DNA of 63,358 nt, counting the filler, from Thermodesulfobacteriota bacterium (lineage in GTDB: Bacteria; DASVDK01): assembly GCA_036381125.1 (NCBI GenBank). It is 7 parts of 7 records of this genome, joined end to end, with 100 filler letters (N's around TTAATTAATTAA, not from the genome) between each part and the next. Parts side by side here need not be neighbours in the genome. Positions count along the whole stretch, not along the records: positions 60,744 to 63,358 come from DASVDK010000046.1; 6 more parts are not named here. One strand, 5' to 3'. The notes below the pieces were generated by a model that worked only from the letters and a program-made list of their open reading frames with translations, ran no database searches and had not been told where the DNA came from. The position numbers and the translations under genes were made by a program. This document shows, in pieces, positions 61,258-63,358 of the stretch (position 1 is its first letter; each line of letters opens with the position of its first letter).

Positions 61258-62100
61258 ATGATCAGAACCGAGGACCTCAACGACCCGGTGGTCATCCGGC
61301 ACCCGGTGACCCTGCCGTCGGGCGAACGGTTCGAGGAGGTCCTCGTGGAGGGGGCCGTCCTCGACAGCTACGAGTGCTCCTTCCGCTTCATGCTCGACGA
61401 AGGGTGCCTCCCCGACAAGAGCATGACGGCGGCCTGCTGCTACCGGGGCTGCGTCATCACGCCGGCCGAGATCGCCCGCTACGAGCGCGACCTCGACCGG
61501 ATCCTCGCCTCGGGCGTGCTCGACGAGACGGCCGATCGCGCGGTGCGCGAGGCGCGGCGTACCGGCACCCTCTCCCACCCGGTCTCCGCCTGCGGCCCGG
61601 CCTGCGCCTGCGACCCTGCGGAGATGACCTTCCTCGAAGAGACGCTCGCCCTCAAGGGCGACGACTCGGCGCGCCGGGAGGGCTACCGGTGTACCTTCGT
61701 CCGGCGGCCCGACGGCGACGGCTGCGTCTTCCGCACCCGCCTCACGGTCGACTTCCGCGGCCGCAGGGTGCCGATCAACCTCTGCGGCGTCCACGCCTTC
61801 GCCCTGAGCGCCGGCCTCGACCCCTATCAGTACAAGCCGACCGACTGCGAACTCTGGCCGCTCTACCTCGTGCGGACCGACCGCGGCCAGATGGCGCTCG
61901 TCTCGCAGCCGGCCCACCTGCGGTACGCGGACATGCACCTCCACTGCGTGACGAACCCGTTGCCGCGCAAGCCTCTCGCCGGGCGCGAGGCGGGCATTCC
62001 CATGTTCGAGGGGATGCCGCACATCCGCCGCTACTTCGGGGACAGCTTCATCGACGCGCTCCGCGCGGCGAGCATGGAGCGGGCGGCGCGGGCGGCCTGA
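61258..62100 (+). CDS. Cys-rich protein, DUF3109/YkgJ-like metal-cluster family
   Basis: C...C..ACCYRG, GCVF, CGVH..AL..G......KP..C.LWPL. Confidence 0.7.
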   Translation: MIRTEDLNDPVVIRHPVTLPSGERFEEVLVEGAVLDSYECSFRFMLDEGCLPDKSMTAACCYRGCVITPAEIARYERDLDRILASGVLDETADRAVREARRTGTLSHPVSACGPACACDPAEMTFLEETLALKGDDSARREGYRCTFVRRPDGDGCVFRTRLTVDFRGRRVPINLCGVHAFALSAGLDPYQYKPTDCELWPLYLVRTDRGQMALVSQPAHLRYADMHLHCVTNPLPRKPLAGREAGIPMFEGMPHIRRYFGDSFIDALRAASMERAARAA

Positions 62101-62167
62101 GCCGCGGCGGCGCCTGTCGGCGCCGCCGATCCCCTTGTCCTCGCCGTTCCCCGAGGCCTGGTCGCGA

Positions 62168-63358
62168 TCAGGACCGACGGCGCCGCCGATCGGAAGCGAG
62201 CACGGCACGGGCGGCGTTGTACCCGCACATGCCGTGAACGCCCGGGCCGGGCGGCGTGGAGGCGGAGCAGAGGTACCAGCCCGCGACCGGCATCGCCCAG
62301 GGGGTCGGGCCGAAGACCGGCCGGCGCGCGAGCTGCCAGAGGTCGGTGGCCCCACCGGCGATGTCGCCCCCGACGAGATTCGGGTTGTCCCGCTCGAGGT
62401 CGGCCGGACCGCGGGCGCGGCGGGCGAGCACGAGGTCGCCGAACCCCGGGGCGAACCGTTCCACCTGTGCCTCGATCCGCCGGGTCATGTCGACCGACGA
62501 GCCGTTCGGGACGTGGCAGTAGCCCCAGGCGACGTGCCGACCCGCCGGCGCGCGGGTCGGATCGGCCACCGACGGCTGCACGACGAGCACGAACGGGCGC
62601 TCGGCGTGCTCGCCCCGCCAGGGCGCGGCCTCGGACGCGGCGATCTCCTCGAGCGTCCCGCCGACGTGCACCGTCCCGGCCGTCGCGCACTCGCGGGCCT
62701 GCCACGGGATCGGCCCGGCCAGCGCCCAGTCGACCTTGAACACGCCGGGACCGTACCGGAAGGCCTCGAGCCGGCGGCGGTAGGCCGGCGGCAGCCGGTC
62801 GCCTGCGATGGCGAGGAGTTGCCGCGGCGTGACGTCGAAGAGCACGGCTCGCGCCGGCGGCAGGTCGCGCGGCGCCGCGACCGGCCGGGCCGTCTCGATC
62901 GTCCCTCCGAGGTCGCGCAGGCAGGCGGCAAGCGCGTCGACCAGCCGCTGCGAGCCGCCGCGCACCACCGGCCAGCCGCCCGCGTGGCCGGCCGCCAGGA
63001 GGACGAGACCGACGGCGGCCGATGCCGCCCGGTCGAACGGCAGCGCGGCGTGCGCCGCGATGCCGGCGTACAGGGCGCGGGCCGCCTCGCCGCGGAAGGC
63101 GGCGCGGGCGAGCCCTCGCGCGGATCGAAGGGCGCCGAGCCCGAAGCGGGCGAGGCGCAGGGGGTGGCGCGGCGGACGGGGCGCGCGCAGGAGGTCGGGG
63201 AGCAGGCGCGGCCAGGCGGCGACGAGCGGCCCGGCGAAGCGGCGGTAGGCGGCGGCGTCCGGGCCGAGCCGGCCGGCCGTCGCCTCGACGTCGCGCTCGA
63301 GCACCGCCGCGCCGCCGCCGTCGAGCGGGTGCGCGAGCGGCGCCTCCGGGTGCACCCA
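62168..63358 (-). CDS. Phytoene dehydrogenase-like NAD(P)/FAD oxidoreductase, 5' end off window
   Basis: AHPLDGG, GWP..RGGSQ, GVFKVD.AL..PIPW, NPNLVGGDI.GG, YLCSASTPPG.GVHGMCG. Confidence 0.9.
   Translation of the reverse strand, partial: WVHPEAPLAHPLDGGGAAVLERDVEATAGRLGPDAAAYRRFAGPLVAAWPRLLPDLLRAPRPPRHPLRLARFGLGALRSARGLARAAFRGEAARALYAGIAAHAALPFDRAASAAVGLVLLAAGHAGGWPVVRGGSQRLVDALAACLRDLGGTIETARPVAAPRDLPPARAVLFDVTPRQLLAIAGDRLPPAYRRRLEAFRYGPGVFKVDWALAGPIPWQARECATAGTVHVGGTLEEIAASEAAPWRGEHAERPFVLVVQPSVADPTRAPAGRHVAWGYCHVPNGSSVDMTRRIEAQVERFAPGFGDLVLARRARGPADLERDNPNLVGGDIAGGATDLWQLARRPVFGPTPWAMPVAGWYLCSASTPPGPGVHGMCGYNAARAVLASDRRRRRS

Overview
Very GC-rich bacterial sequence from a diderm (LpxL, outer-membrane barrels; lineage not determinable, gene content resembles delta-proteobacteria/Methylomirabilota-type MAGs). 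The window is seven contigs joined by artificial N-run + TTAATTAATTAA linkers (contigs ~1-3916, 4017-13819, 13920-19891, 19992-23603, 23704-53498, 53599-60643, 60744-63358), so adjacency across gaps is meaningless. Content is mostly housekeeping and catabolic: alaS, serS, tRNA-Ser, pyrE, rarA, degP + response regulator, part of a heme-copper oxidase operon, and two ABC-import/amidohydrolase catabolic operons. Highlights: (1) a thioredoxin + NHL-repeat (NHLRC2/SOQ1-like) gene missed by the ORF track, with an in-frame UGA at the first Cys of the CxxC motif followed by a SECIS-like hairpin, i.e. a probable selenoprotein; (2) a GNAT-MshA-like-PIG-L cluster resembling a non-actinobacterial mycothiol-like pathway; (3) an uncharacterised sigma-54-driven two-gene operon followed by an 85-bp-period repeat array with variable 24-nt segments; (4) an A-type oxidase subunit I lacking K-channel and Mg-site residues; (5) an HNH gene carrying a perfect 20-bp palindrome; (6) a dispersed REP/REPIN-like palindrome family; (7) a decayed terminase next to tRNA-Ser; (8) repeated leaderless-type promoters.
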